A stretch of 63,543 nt of DNA, the filler included. It is 8 parts of 8 records of this genome, joined end to end, with 100 filler letters (N's around TTAATTAATTAA, not from the genome) between each part and the next. Parts side by side here need not be neighbours in the genome. Positions count along the whole stretch, not along the records: positions 1 to 12,885 come from SRR20825010_3488; 7 more parts are not named here. One strand, 5' to 3'. Shown here piece after piece: positions 1 through 8,096 of this stretch (the first letter of the stretch is position 1; every line of letters starts with the position of its first letter). The translations under genes were made by a program, and so were the position numbers. A model generated the notes under the pieces. The model did not search any database, was not told the DNA's origin, and saw only the letters and a program-made list of their open reading frames with translations.

Positions 1-492
1 GTGCAACACACACAGCCGGAAAAAGTACAAATACTGATCGGCTTTCTCGGGCTGCTTGCAGCACAAGGCATCGGCTTGTTCCAGCAGGTGCAGCGTGTCT
101 TTTAAGGAGGCCGCCAGGTATTCGCGGGTGCCCTGTAAATTCGGCAGGCCAATTTCCCAGCGCGTGTCGTGTGCAATGGTGCTTGAGTTCAGGCGGGCGT
201 CGGCATTGACCAGGCGGGATTCAAGTTTGCTTGCATCGTGGCAACACCGCACGCCCAGTGCCCAGTCCGGGTTGCGGGCCAGCCACCAGTCTTGAAACCA
301 GGCCACATGGCACAGCTCCCACAGTGGCGGGTTTAGTTCCGGGCGGCGCGGTACCTGGCATTCTTCGCCCAGTGCGGCCACGTAATCGGCCAGCAAACCC
401 AAGGTGCGTTCGCGCGTGCGCAGCAACGCGTCGCGAAGAAATGCGGCGTTCGAGGTGCGGGCAAGTTGTGCTGGGTTGATGCGGTTGTTCAC
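1..492 (-). CDS. senA: SenA/EgtB-family sulfoxide/selenoxide synthase, N-terminal DinB-like part (3' truncated by window edge); most like selenoneine synthase SenA
   Basis: Hand translation of the minus strand from GTG at 492 gives an open frame: MNNRINPAQLART...RPELNPPLWELCHVAWFQDWWLARNP...NSSTIAHDTRW...YFFRLCVLH. The NPPLWE.HV.WF and YFFRL...H motifs match the SenA/EgtB iron-binding region as I recall it. Absent from the ORF track because there is no stop codon. Confidence 0.75.
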   Translation of the reverse strand, partial: MNNRINPAQLARTSNAAFLRDALLRTRERTLGLLADYVAALGEECQVPRRPELNPPLWELCHVAWFQDWWLARNPDWALGVRCCHDASKLESRLVNADARLNSSTIAHDTRWEIGLPNLQGTREYLAASLKDTLHLLEQADALCCKQPEKADQYLYFFRLCVLH

Positions 493-574
493 GGGGCAAT
501 GCGTTGTACACAAGCGAATAGTGTACGACAAATAGAAACCATGCCGAGCCCTTGCCCAACCGTTGCAGACCTGC

Positions 575-613
575 TTGATTTTTTAATTTACACTGGTATG
601 ATGAGTTTACCAG
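575..613 (+). promoter_or_regulatory. sigma70-like promoter (TTGATT-16-TATGAT, extended -10 TG) overlapped by inverted repeat CTGGTA-N9-TACCAG; probable operator of the downstream GntR/FadR protein
   Basis: Motifs read directly: TTGATT 575-580, TATGAT 597-602, CTGGTA 593-598, TACCAG 608-613. Confidence 0.5.
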
Positions 614-646
614 AACCAATCCAGTTTATAAAAAAGTAGACAAGCC

Positions 647-1354
647 ATGGAAAGTATTCAAAAAACTTCGATTTCTGAGCAAGTGTATATTCAACTTCGG
701 GATCGAATACTTAAAAAGGTATTACCAGTTGGAACTGAACTTCCTTCTGAACGGGAGTTGTCTGAAACCTTGAAAGTAAACCGCGGTGCCGTGCGGGAGG
801 CCATCAAACGCCTGCAACAGGCACGCTTGGTTCGGGTGCGACATGGCGGTGCCACACAGGTAGAAAACTTTGAGGCTGAAGGCGGGCTGGAATTGCTGCC
901 CAGCCTGATGGTGAATTCTCAAGGCCAGGTTAATTTGGAAGTGGCGCGCGGTATTGTGGCCATGCGCAAAGCCTTGGCACCGGTGGTGGCCGGGCAAGCC
1001 GCCGTTCATGGCGGAAAGGCGCTGGCTGAAAAACTGAAACCATTGCTTGATCAAATGCAACGCACCAGCGAGCTACCGGAACTTCAGCGATTGGCCTTTG
1101 ATTTTTGGGCGCTGTTAGTGCAAGGCAGCGGCAATGTGGTGTTCAAACTGGCCTTCAATTCCATGAACCAAACTTACCTGGCCGCCTGGAACACACTGAC
1201 GCTGGTGATGCAGGACGAGTTTCGGGATGTGGCCACGCTTGCGCAACTGGCACAGGCCATTGAATCAGGCGAACACCGACGCTGCGAGGTGTTGGCACGG
1301 CAGCATGTTGAGCTGGGTAGTCGCGCGCTGAATATGGCGCTGGGCCAATCATAA
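647..1354 (+). CDS. GntR/FadR-family transcriptional regulator
   Basis: N-terminal wHTH LPSERELSETLKVNRGAVREAIKRL followed by an FCD-like domain. Confidence 0.9.
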   Translation: MESIQKTSISEQVYIQLRDRILKKVLPVGTELPSERELSETLKVNRGAVREAIKRLQQARLVRVRHGGATQVENFEAEGGLELLPSLMVNSQGQVNLEVARGIVAMRKALAPVVAGQAAVHGGKALAEKLKPLLDQMQRTSELPELQRLAFDFWALLVQGSGNVVFKLAFNSMNQTYLAAWNTLTLVMQDEFRDVATLAQLAQAIESGEHRRCEVLARQHVELGSRALNMALGQS

Positions 1355-1376
1355 CAAGCAAATCGGAGACTAATTC

Positions 1377-1958
1377 ATGTTGGGAATTCCCTTGGGCCTT
1401 TTGACGGCCAACGCAGTGGAATGGAGCATGCACAAATACGTGCTGCATGGTTTGGGTAAAAAACGAGGCACATTCTGGGCCTTTCATTTTCATGAGCACC
1501 ACAAAGAAGTTCGCGAACATGGTTATTACGACCCGAACTATGAACGCTTCCCCTTGGGGCTACATGCGCAAGGCAAAGAGGCTTGGGCCTTGATTGCCGG
1601 TGCAGTGGCAGTTGCCCCGCTATTTCCAGTGGCACCATTTTTTGTAGGCACGCTGTGGTATTGCAGCTTGAACTATTATCGGGTGCACAAAAAAAGCCAC
1701 ATGAACCCAGCGTGGGGCGAACAACGTGTGCCTTGGCATTACGACCACCACATGGGCAACAACCCCGGCGCCAACTGGTGTGTCACGCGACCATGGTTTG
1801 ATTACATCATGGGTACCCGCGTATTTACTGAAGGCGGTGTGCGCGAAAATAATGTGCTGGGGCTGAAACGGGTTCCAGCATTCCTTGCCCGAATGCTGCC
1901 CAAGCCTGAATCGCTCGGCACCCTCGCACCAAAACCAGCAACACGGCGCGCTGCGTAA
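1377..1958 (+). CDS. fatty acid hydroxylase / sterol desaturase family membrane di-iron enzyme
   Basis: His boxes HKYVLH, HFHEHH, HKKSH, HYDHH; GGAG RBS upstream. Confidence 0.8.
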   Translation: MLGIPLGLLTANAVEWSMHKYVLHGLGKKRGTFWAFHFHEHHKEVREHGYYDPNYERFPLGLHAQGKEAWALIAGAVAVAPLFPVAPFFVGTLWYCSLNYYRVHKKSHMNPAWGEQRVPWHYDHHMGNNPGANWCVTRPWFDYIMGTRVFTEGGVRENNVLGLKRVPAFLARMLPKPESLGTLAPKPATRRAA

Positions 1959-1998
1959 GCCTGTGACATAATCGGTTCACCACAAAAAGGAGAACTGA

Positions 1999-2586
1999 AT
2001 GGGCTTGTTGATATTAACCGCGGGGCTGGTGCTGTTTCTAGGCGTGCATGCCGTACGCATTCCGAATGATCAAAGGCGTTCAGGCATGATGGCCCGGCTT
2101 GGAAAAAGCAAATACCGCACCCTTTTCACCGTGGCATCCATTGTAGGTTTGGTGCTGATTGTGTACGGGTATGGGCAGGCACGGCTTGATCCGGTTTTCG
2201 TGTGGAGCCCACCTGCCGCCATGCGCCATATTGCAGCGCTGTTGATGTTGTTCTCCATGATTTTGCTTGCGGCCTGCTATGTGCCGATGAACCACATCAA
2301 GGCAAAGCTGCAACACCCGATGACCTTGTCGGTGAAGGTGTGGGCACTGGCCCACCTGATCGCAAACGGCTCACTGGCCGACATTGTGCTGTTCGGATCA
2401 TTCCTGGTGTGGGCGGTGCTGCTGTTCAAATCAGCCCGCAGGCGTGCCATCCCCATGGGGTTTGCCGGAGATGGCCCAACCAAAGTGGGCACCTTGATGA
2501 CAGTCGTAGTGGGCGTGTTGGGCTGGTTGATTTTCGCGGCCTGGTTGCATGTTCACCTAATCGGTGTCAGCCCCTTTGGCCGCTAA
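1999..2586 (+). CDS. nnrU: NnrU-family membrane protein
   Basis: LFLGVH, HPM..VKVWALAHL.ANG motifs; multiple TM helices. Confidence 0.8.
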   Translation: MGLLILTAGLVLFLGVHAVRIPNDQRRSGMMARLGKSKYRTLFTVASIVGLVLIVYGYGQARLDPVFVWSPPAAMRHIAALLMLFSMILLAACYVPMNHIKAKLQHPMTLSVKVWALAHLIANGSLADIVLFGSFLVWAVLLFKSARRRAIPMGFAGDGPTKVGTLMTVVVGVLGWLIFAAWLHVHLIGVSPFGR

Positions 2587-2594
2587 CCAAACTT

Positions 2595-3869
2595 TTACAG
2601 AAACCAGAAACACGCTGCAGCCACTGCCGTGGGCCCCAAAGCCCCGGCCAACAGGCCCCCTGCTGACACTGCTTCATCGGGGAACTGCCGTTTCAACAGT
2701 GACAGCCCGGCCGGGTTGGGTGCATTGGCAATAACCGTCAAACCACCACCGGCCACGGCACCCGCCACCAAGGCGTAGCGGAAACTTTCAGAAGTACCCT
2801 CAATCAGCGAACCAAGGTAGGTAAGCGCGGCGTTGTCAGTGATCGCGGTCAAAGCCATGGCTGCGATAAACAGCACGCCGTCATTCAGGTCACTGACCGC
2901 AGGCTGCAACCACCACTGCTGCATGCCACCCAACACCACCAAACCAGCAAGGAAGAATGCAACCAGCAAACCTTCCTTCAACAGCAAACGCGACTGGAAT
3001 GTGCTGTACGCGGCGGTAAAGCCCAGGAAGAAAAGGAAAACGCCAAGAAACACCGCGGGGTGATGCGCAGACAACACCACAACACCCAGGAAAGCCAAAT
3101 GTATGACCATGGCCCACCAAGGCACGGGAGCCAGGGGTTGACCGTCTTCACCCAAGGCCTCGGGTGTTTTGACTTCGCCCCCCAAATGCTTGGCTGCGAA
3201 GAAAATAAACACGGTGGCATTAATGAACACACCGATTGCCGCTTTCCAGCCGAAGTTGGCGGCCATGAAAGGGGTGTCCCAGTTCCAGGCACTGGCCACC
3301 ATCAACACGGGCGGAGCCGCGAAGGAAGTCAACACACCGCCGATTGAAATGTTTACAAACAGCACACCCAAGCCCCAGTAACGGATGAAGTTGGGCACCG
3401 ATTTGGAAAAAAGCACATCACGCAGCAACAGTGCGGCCAGTGTCATGGCTGCAGGCTCGGTAATGAAGCTGCCCAGCAAGGGCACCATGAACAGGCCAAG
3501 CCAGGTGAAAGCAACGCCCTTGTTGACGGGCATCAACTTCGCCAAACCTTCGACCAACAATCGGGAAGCATCCAGCACAGGGCGGCTTGCCGCCACCACC
3601 ATGATGACGAAGACGAACAGAGGTTCGGTGTAATGCCGGGTGTCTACATATTCAACTGCGGAATCCAGATTGACCGCGAAGGCCATGGCCACCACCAAAA
3701 ACAAAGCCCATATGCCGAATACGGCCTCAACTTCGCCAAGCAAGTGAAACAAGCCGCTGTGGTGTTTGCTGTGGTGGGCCAAGCGTTCAAAGTAGCTGGC
3801 AGAAAAAGTGTGAACAAGCGCGCCGGCAAATAGAAAGGCGGCAATCCATTGAATTGTGGTTGCTGTCAT
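2595..3869 (-). CDS. putative Na+/H+ antiporter (DUF1504-type)
   Basis: HLLGEVE, GSFITEPAAMT, LFVNISIGG, TDNAA, GGGLTVIANAPNPAG motifs; polytopic membrane protein. Confidence 0.8.
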   Translation of the reverse strand: MTATTIQWIAAFLFAGALVHTFSASYFERLAHHSKHHSGLFHLLGEVEAVFGIWALFLVVAMAFAVNLDSAVEYVDTRHYTEPLFVFVIMVVAASRPVLDASRLLVEGLAKLMPVNKGVAFTWLGLFMVPLLGSFITEPAAMTLAALLLRDVLFSKSVPNFIRYWGLGVLFVNISIGGVLTSFAAPPVLMVASAWNWDTPFMAANFGWKAAIGVFINATVFIFFAAKHLGGEVKTPEALGEDGQPLAPVPWWAMVIHLAFLGVVVLSAHHPAVFLGVFLFFLGFTAAYSTFQSRLLLKEGLLVAFFLAGLVVLGGMQQWWLQPAVSDLNDGVLFIAAMALTAITDNAALTYLGSLIEGTSESFRYALVAGAVAGGGLTVIANAPNPAGLSLLKRQFPDEAVSAGGLLAGALGPTAVAAACFWFL

Positions 3870-3996
3870 GTCGGTGGTCTTTTTGTGTTGTTGAAAGGAA
3901 ACTGCTTGAGGGTCTATAGAGGGAGCCTATCACAGACTTAAAGTTCCCCTGTTTCACTATAAAAAAAGCGTACTGCGGAAAATACGTGGCGTTGGC

Positions 3997-4572
3997 CTAG
4001 CGCCCAACGGGCTTCTTGGCCAATTTGCGCTGTAACGTTCGCCTGTGCATGCTCAAGGCGCGCGCAGTGGCCGATACATTTCCGTCGTGCTCATTCAACA
4101 CGCGCTGAATGTGTTCCCACTCCAGGCGCGACACGGACATGGTGTGAAATCCAACGGAATCTGCCACCGCCATGTCGGCATCAAGCGCATCTTCATCAAG
4201 CGCACGCAATATGGCTGCGCTGTCTGCGGGCTTGGCCAGGTAATTGTCGGCCCCCAGCTTGATGGCTTGTACCGTGGTGGCAATGCTGGCATACCCGGTA
4301 AGCACCAACAAGTTGGCTTGGGGTTGCAGCTTGCGCAATTGCGTGATCAGCTGCAAACCAGACTGTTCGCCCAAATTCAGATCGAGCGTAATGTCGGTGA
4401 ACTGTTGTTGGCTTGCCACCAAAAGAGTTTGCTCTTTATTCAATGCCACGCGGGTTTCAATGTGCCTGAGCGCAAACGAGCGGGCCAGCGTGGTGGCAAA
4501 TATTTCATCGTCATCTACAATCAGGATGAATCGGCTCACAGGGGCAACACTGGCAAGCTTAAACTGGCGCAC
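3997..4572 (-). CDS. RegA/PrrA/RoxR-family response regulator
   Basis: REC domain with LTGYASIATTVQAIKLGA and the signature HTH LEWEHIQRVL...NVSATARALSMHRRTLQRKL. Confidence 0.9.
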   Translation of the reverse strand: MRQFKLASVAPVSRFILIVDDDEIFATTLARSFALRHIETRVALNKEQTLLVASQQQFTDITLDLNLGEQSGLQLITQLRKLQPQANLLVLTGYASIATTVQAIKLGADNYLAKPADSAAILRALDEDALDADMAVADSVGFHTMSVSRLEWEHIQRVLNEHDGNVSATARALSMHRRTLQRKLAKKPVGR

Positions 4573-5855
4573 ACGCCGGGATTCAGGTTACGAAGGTTCA
4601 GCCTTCCGCCCTCACGTTCCAGCAAATTGGCAAGCAAAAACAAACCCATGCCCTGCCCGTTGTCCTGAAACAATTGCTGCCCTATTTTTGGCAAAAGATC
4701 TGCATCCACACCACCGCCCTCGTCGTTCACAAACAGGGTGAGGCTGGTGCTGTCGCACTGCATACCCACTTGCAGCACGGCTTGCACCCCGGCGCGCTGC
4801 TGGCTTTGTGCGGCATTGTCCAGCAAGGTGATCAAACCCAGCTCCAACAATTCCTTGCGCACTTTGAACACGCCTGCAATTGATGCAATGCTGGGGAGCA
4901 GGCGCACTTCATGTTGTGGGTTGCGGGTTCGCCAAATCGACAAACTTGTTTGAAGCCACTCGCTGGGCTTGATCAATTGCGCATCTGCATTGTGGCGAGG
5001 GTCAACATCGATTTGCGTGCGCAGTTGGGCAAGCGTCTCGGTGATCGATTTTACTTGGGCAGTCAGAATATTCATCTCGTACGCGTTCGCCTGCATGGCT
5101 GGGTCATTTTTCCAGTCGGCAACGATGGTGGCAATTGTGGAAACGGGCGTGCCCAACTGGTGTGCAATAGAGGCCGCCTGATTGCCCAACGCTGCCAAAC
5201 GGGATTCACTGGCCAGCCTTTGCTGTGCACGGCTCAAGGCTTGATCGCGGTTCCGGATTGAAGAACTGAGGCGAGCCACAAAGGCAACCAGAATCAGCAC
5301 GCTGACCAGAAAATTCAGCCACATGCCCACCAGGTGAAAATGCACGCCATCGTCGGGATTGGCCAGCACCAGCGGCATGTAATTGCTCATCAACACGGTG
5401 TATGCCACCACACTGAACAATGCAAGAAACACCACCTGAGCCCAAGGCAGCAAGGCTGCAGCCAAACCCAGTAGCGGCAGGTAAAGCGACACAAAAGGAT
5501 TGGTAACGCCACCCGTGAAATACAACACGAAGCTAAAGGCTGCAAGATCGGCAAACAACTGCGCTGCGACTTCAAAATTGCCGACCGAATTGCCTTGGCG
5601 CAGCCGAATGAAAGTGATCGCGTTGAGCAACGCCAATGCGCCCAGAATGCTTGCTAAAACTGACCAGGGCAAGATAACTTTCAGCAAAAGCCCCACCATG
5701 GCAAGCAACAAGACCTGGGTTGCAAGTGCAAGCGTTCGCATCCACATCACCGTGACCATTTGTTGTCGGCGCACGGAGGGATCGCTTTGATCTGCCAGCC
5801 CTTCGGTCCAAAGGCGCGTCAAAGGGTGGTGTTCGGAAAGGGAAATTATTTTCAT
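4536..5855 (-). CDS. RegB/PrrB/RoxS-family membrane histidine kinase (atypical H-box)
   Basis: About six TM helices with GGVTNPF quinone-binding motif, H-box AHQLGTP, N-box LDNA, G1 DEGGG, G2 GMGL. Confidence 0.85.
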   Translation of the reverse strand: MKIISLSEHHPLTRLWTEGLADQSDPSVRRQQMVTVMWMRTLALATQVLLLAMVGLLLKVILPWSVLASILGALALLNAITFIRLRQGNSVGNFEVAAQLFADLAAFSFVLYFTGGVTNPFVSLYLPLLGLAAALLPWAQVVFLALFSVVAYTVLMSNYMPLVLANPDDGVHFHLVGMWLNFLVSVLILVAFVARLSSSIRNRDQALSRAQQRLASESRLAALGNQAASIAHQLGTPVSTIATIVADWKNDPAMQANAYEMNILTAQVKSITETLAQLRTQIDVDPRHNADAQLIKPSEWLQTSLSIWRTRNPQHEVRLLPSIASIAGVFKVRKELLELGLITLLDNAAQSQQRAGVQAVLQVGMQCDSTSLTLFVNDEGGGVDADLLPKIGQQLFQDNGQGMGLFLLANLLEREGGRLNLRNLNPGVCASLSLPVLPL

Positions 5856-5916
5856 GTTGATATTCTAAGTGGCTTCTTCAATGGCTGTGGGGAAATGATG
5901 TGCTGTGCTGGCACAC

Positions 5917-5933
5917 TGCGACAATATGCCGCA
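5917..5933. promoter_or_regulatory. RegA/RegR-type binding box
   Basis: TGCGACAATATGCCGCA; its reverse complement is GCGGC-N5-GTCGC, the RegR-box consensus. Lies between the kinase gene and the TBDR gene. Confidence 0.65.
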
Positions 5934-5991
5934 TTCCCGCCACGACAAGGCTGACGTATAAACCGGGCTTGGCCTACCTTGCCCGGAATAC

Positions 5992-8049
5992 ATGATGTTC
6001 GCCCACAGCCCATTCAAACTGCGCCCCCTTCAACTCGGCTTGCTGCTAGGAATTGCTTCCTGTTCACAAGCTTTGCTTGCAAACCCCTCACTTGGCAATG
6101 TTGAAGTGAATGCACAACGCGAGGCATTGAGCGCCGCCAGTGTGCAGGTTGCGCAAGAGAAACTGGCACAAACCGCGGGTGGCACAGCGCTTGTGAATGC
6201 TGAAAGCTTTGAGGCAGGCAAAGCCATGAGCATCAAAGACATGCTGGACTTCACCCCCGGCGTTTTTGCGCAAAGCCGTGTGAATGAGGAGGCACGGCTC
6301 AGCATTCGGGGTTCTGGCTTGTCGCGCACTTTTCACATGCGCGGTATTCGCCTGTTGCAAGACGGCATACCGATCAACCTGGCCGATGGAGGCTCTGATT
6401 TTCAGGACATCGACCCGCTGGCCCTGCAACACGTGGAAGTGTACAAGGGGTCCAATGCCTTGCAATACGGTGCAGCCAGCCTGGGCGGCGCGATCAATTT
6501 TGTAACACCCACGGGCTACACCACACCCCACAGCGTTGTGCGTTTGGACAATGGCAGCCACGCGTTTGCGCGTGCGCAATTCAAAACTGGCAATGTGGCG
6601 AGCAACTGGGATTATTTTGGATCGCTGTCGCAGTTGCGCTCTGACGGGTTTCGGCAATTCAGCGGGCAGAAAAACACACGCCTGAATGCCAATGCAGGTT
6701 TGAAAATTTCGCCCCAACTGGAAACCCGGTTCTATGTCATCCATGGCGACATGAACCAGGAGTTACCGGGCAACTTGACCAAGGCGCAGTTGCAAACCAA
6801 CCCCGCACAGGCCAACGCAGCATCGGCCGGGGCAAATTCCCAACGGGATTTTCTGATTACCCGGATTGCCAACAAAACCACCTGGATTTCGCCAGCAGGC
6901 GTGGAGTACAACGCAGGTGTGTACGCGGTGGACAAAAACCTGTACCACCCGCTGAGCTTCGGCTTGATTGACCAGCAAACCCGCGATGTGGGCACCTTTG
7001 GAAACCGAGTGGCACAGAATGAATTGTGGAGTATGCGGCACGACACCACGCTGGGATACAACCTGGTTCAGGGTGTGACTGAGGCAAGAATATTCAACCA
7101 TGTACGCGGCGATCGAATCAGCCTTCGAAGCTACGAGGACCAAAAAGCCCACAACATGGAACTGTATGGCGAGAGTCGCCTGCACCTGACCGATGCGTTG
7201 CAATGGATCAACGGCCTGCAATGGACCCACGCCAAACGCACCGCAGATGATCAGTTTTTAAGCGACGGCGATGGCAGCTACCAACGGCGCTACGCACAGT
7301 TCAGCCCAAAAACCGGGCTGCTGTGGCAGGCCAGCGATTCTGTTCAGGTGTATGGAAATTTAAGCCGTGCATTTGAACCACCCACGTTTTCTGAAACCAG
7401 CCCCACGCGTGCGCTTGAAGCCCAGGAATCGACCACGTTTGAAGTAGGCACGCGCGGTATTGCCAATGAAATTCGCTGGGACATCAGCGCTTACTACAGC
7501 CAGTTGAACAATGAGTTTGTGAGCTACCAACTCAACCCGCTTGTACCAGGCTTGAGCGCCATTCTGAATGCCGACAACACGGTGCACCAAGGGGTTGAAA
7601 TTGGATTGACAGGACCGTTTAAGGGTTTATCGAAGGGCCATGCCTTGAGCTGGCAACTGGCGTATACCTTTGGCCGTTTCCGTTTTGACCAAGACCGTGT
7701 GTATGGCAACGCAGCCATACCCGGAATTCCTGAACAGTATGTGCGGGCAAAACTGGATTATTCACACCGGCAGGGGTGGAAAGTTTCGCCCAACATTGAG
7801 TATGTGCCGCAAGGCTACTTTGTGGATTTGGCGAATACCTTGTCTACAGACCCGTACCTGTTGCTTGGCTTGAATGCTTCTTACAAGTTCAGCGACAAAT
7901 TGCGTGTGTTTGTGGATGCCCGAAATTTGACCAACAAAGCATATGCCGCCACCACAGGTGTGATTGTGAATTCGAATGGAGTGGATTCGGCGCAGTTTGC
8001 GCCGGGGGAAGGCAGGAGCGTTTACGCAGGCTTGGAAGTTAAGTGGTGA
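5992..8049 (+). CDS. TonB-dependent outer-membrane receptor
   Basis: Signal peptide, plug motifs LSIRGSG and VEVYKG...YG...LGGAINF, C-terminal ARNLTNKAY...GRSVYAGLEVKW. Confidence 0.92.
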   Translation: MMFAHSPFKLRPLQLGLLLGIASCSQALLANPSLGNVEVNAQREALSAASVQVAQEKLAQTAGGTALVNAESFEAGKAMSIKDMLDFTPGVFAQSRVNEEARLSIRGSGLSRTFHMRGIRLLQDGIPINLADGGSDFQDIDPLALQHVEVYKGSNALQYGAASLGGAINFVTPTGYTTPHSVVRLDNGSHAFARAQFKTGNVASNWDYFGSLSQLRSDGFRQFSGQKNTRLNANAGLKISPQLETRFYVIHGDMNQELPGNLTKAQLQTNPAQANAASAGANSQRDFLITRIANKTTWISPAGVEYNAGVYAVDKNLYHPLSFGLIDQQTRDVGTFGNRVAQNELWSMRHDTTLGYNLVQGVTEARIFNHVRGDRISLRSYEDQKAHNMELYGESRLHLTDALQWINGLQWTHAKRTADDQFLSDGDGSYQRRYAQFSPKTGLLWQASDSVQVYGNLSRAFEPPTFSETSPTRALEAQESTTFEVGTRGIANEIRWDISAYYSQLNNEFVSYQLNPLVPGLSAILNADNTVHQGVEIGLTGPFKGLSKGHALSWQLAYTFGRFRFDQDRVYGNAAIPGIPEQYVRAKLDYSHRQGWKVSPNIEYVPQGYFVDLANTLSTDPYLLLGLNASYKFSDKLRVFVDARNLTNKAYAATTGVIVNSNGVDSAQFAPGEGRSVYAGLEVKW

Positions 8050-8096
8050 GATTTGGGCGTAGTATCAACATCTTGATTAGAATTGATCCGCAGCAC

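Noticed and set aside
221..619. 132-aa and other short ORFs at the window start
   Set aside because: Alternate frames of the SenA-like gene and its promoter
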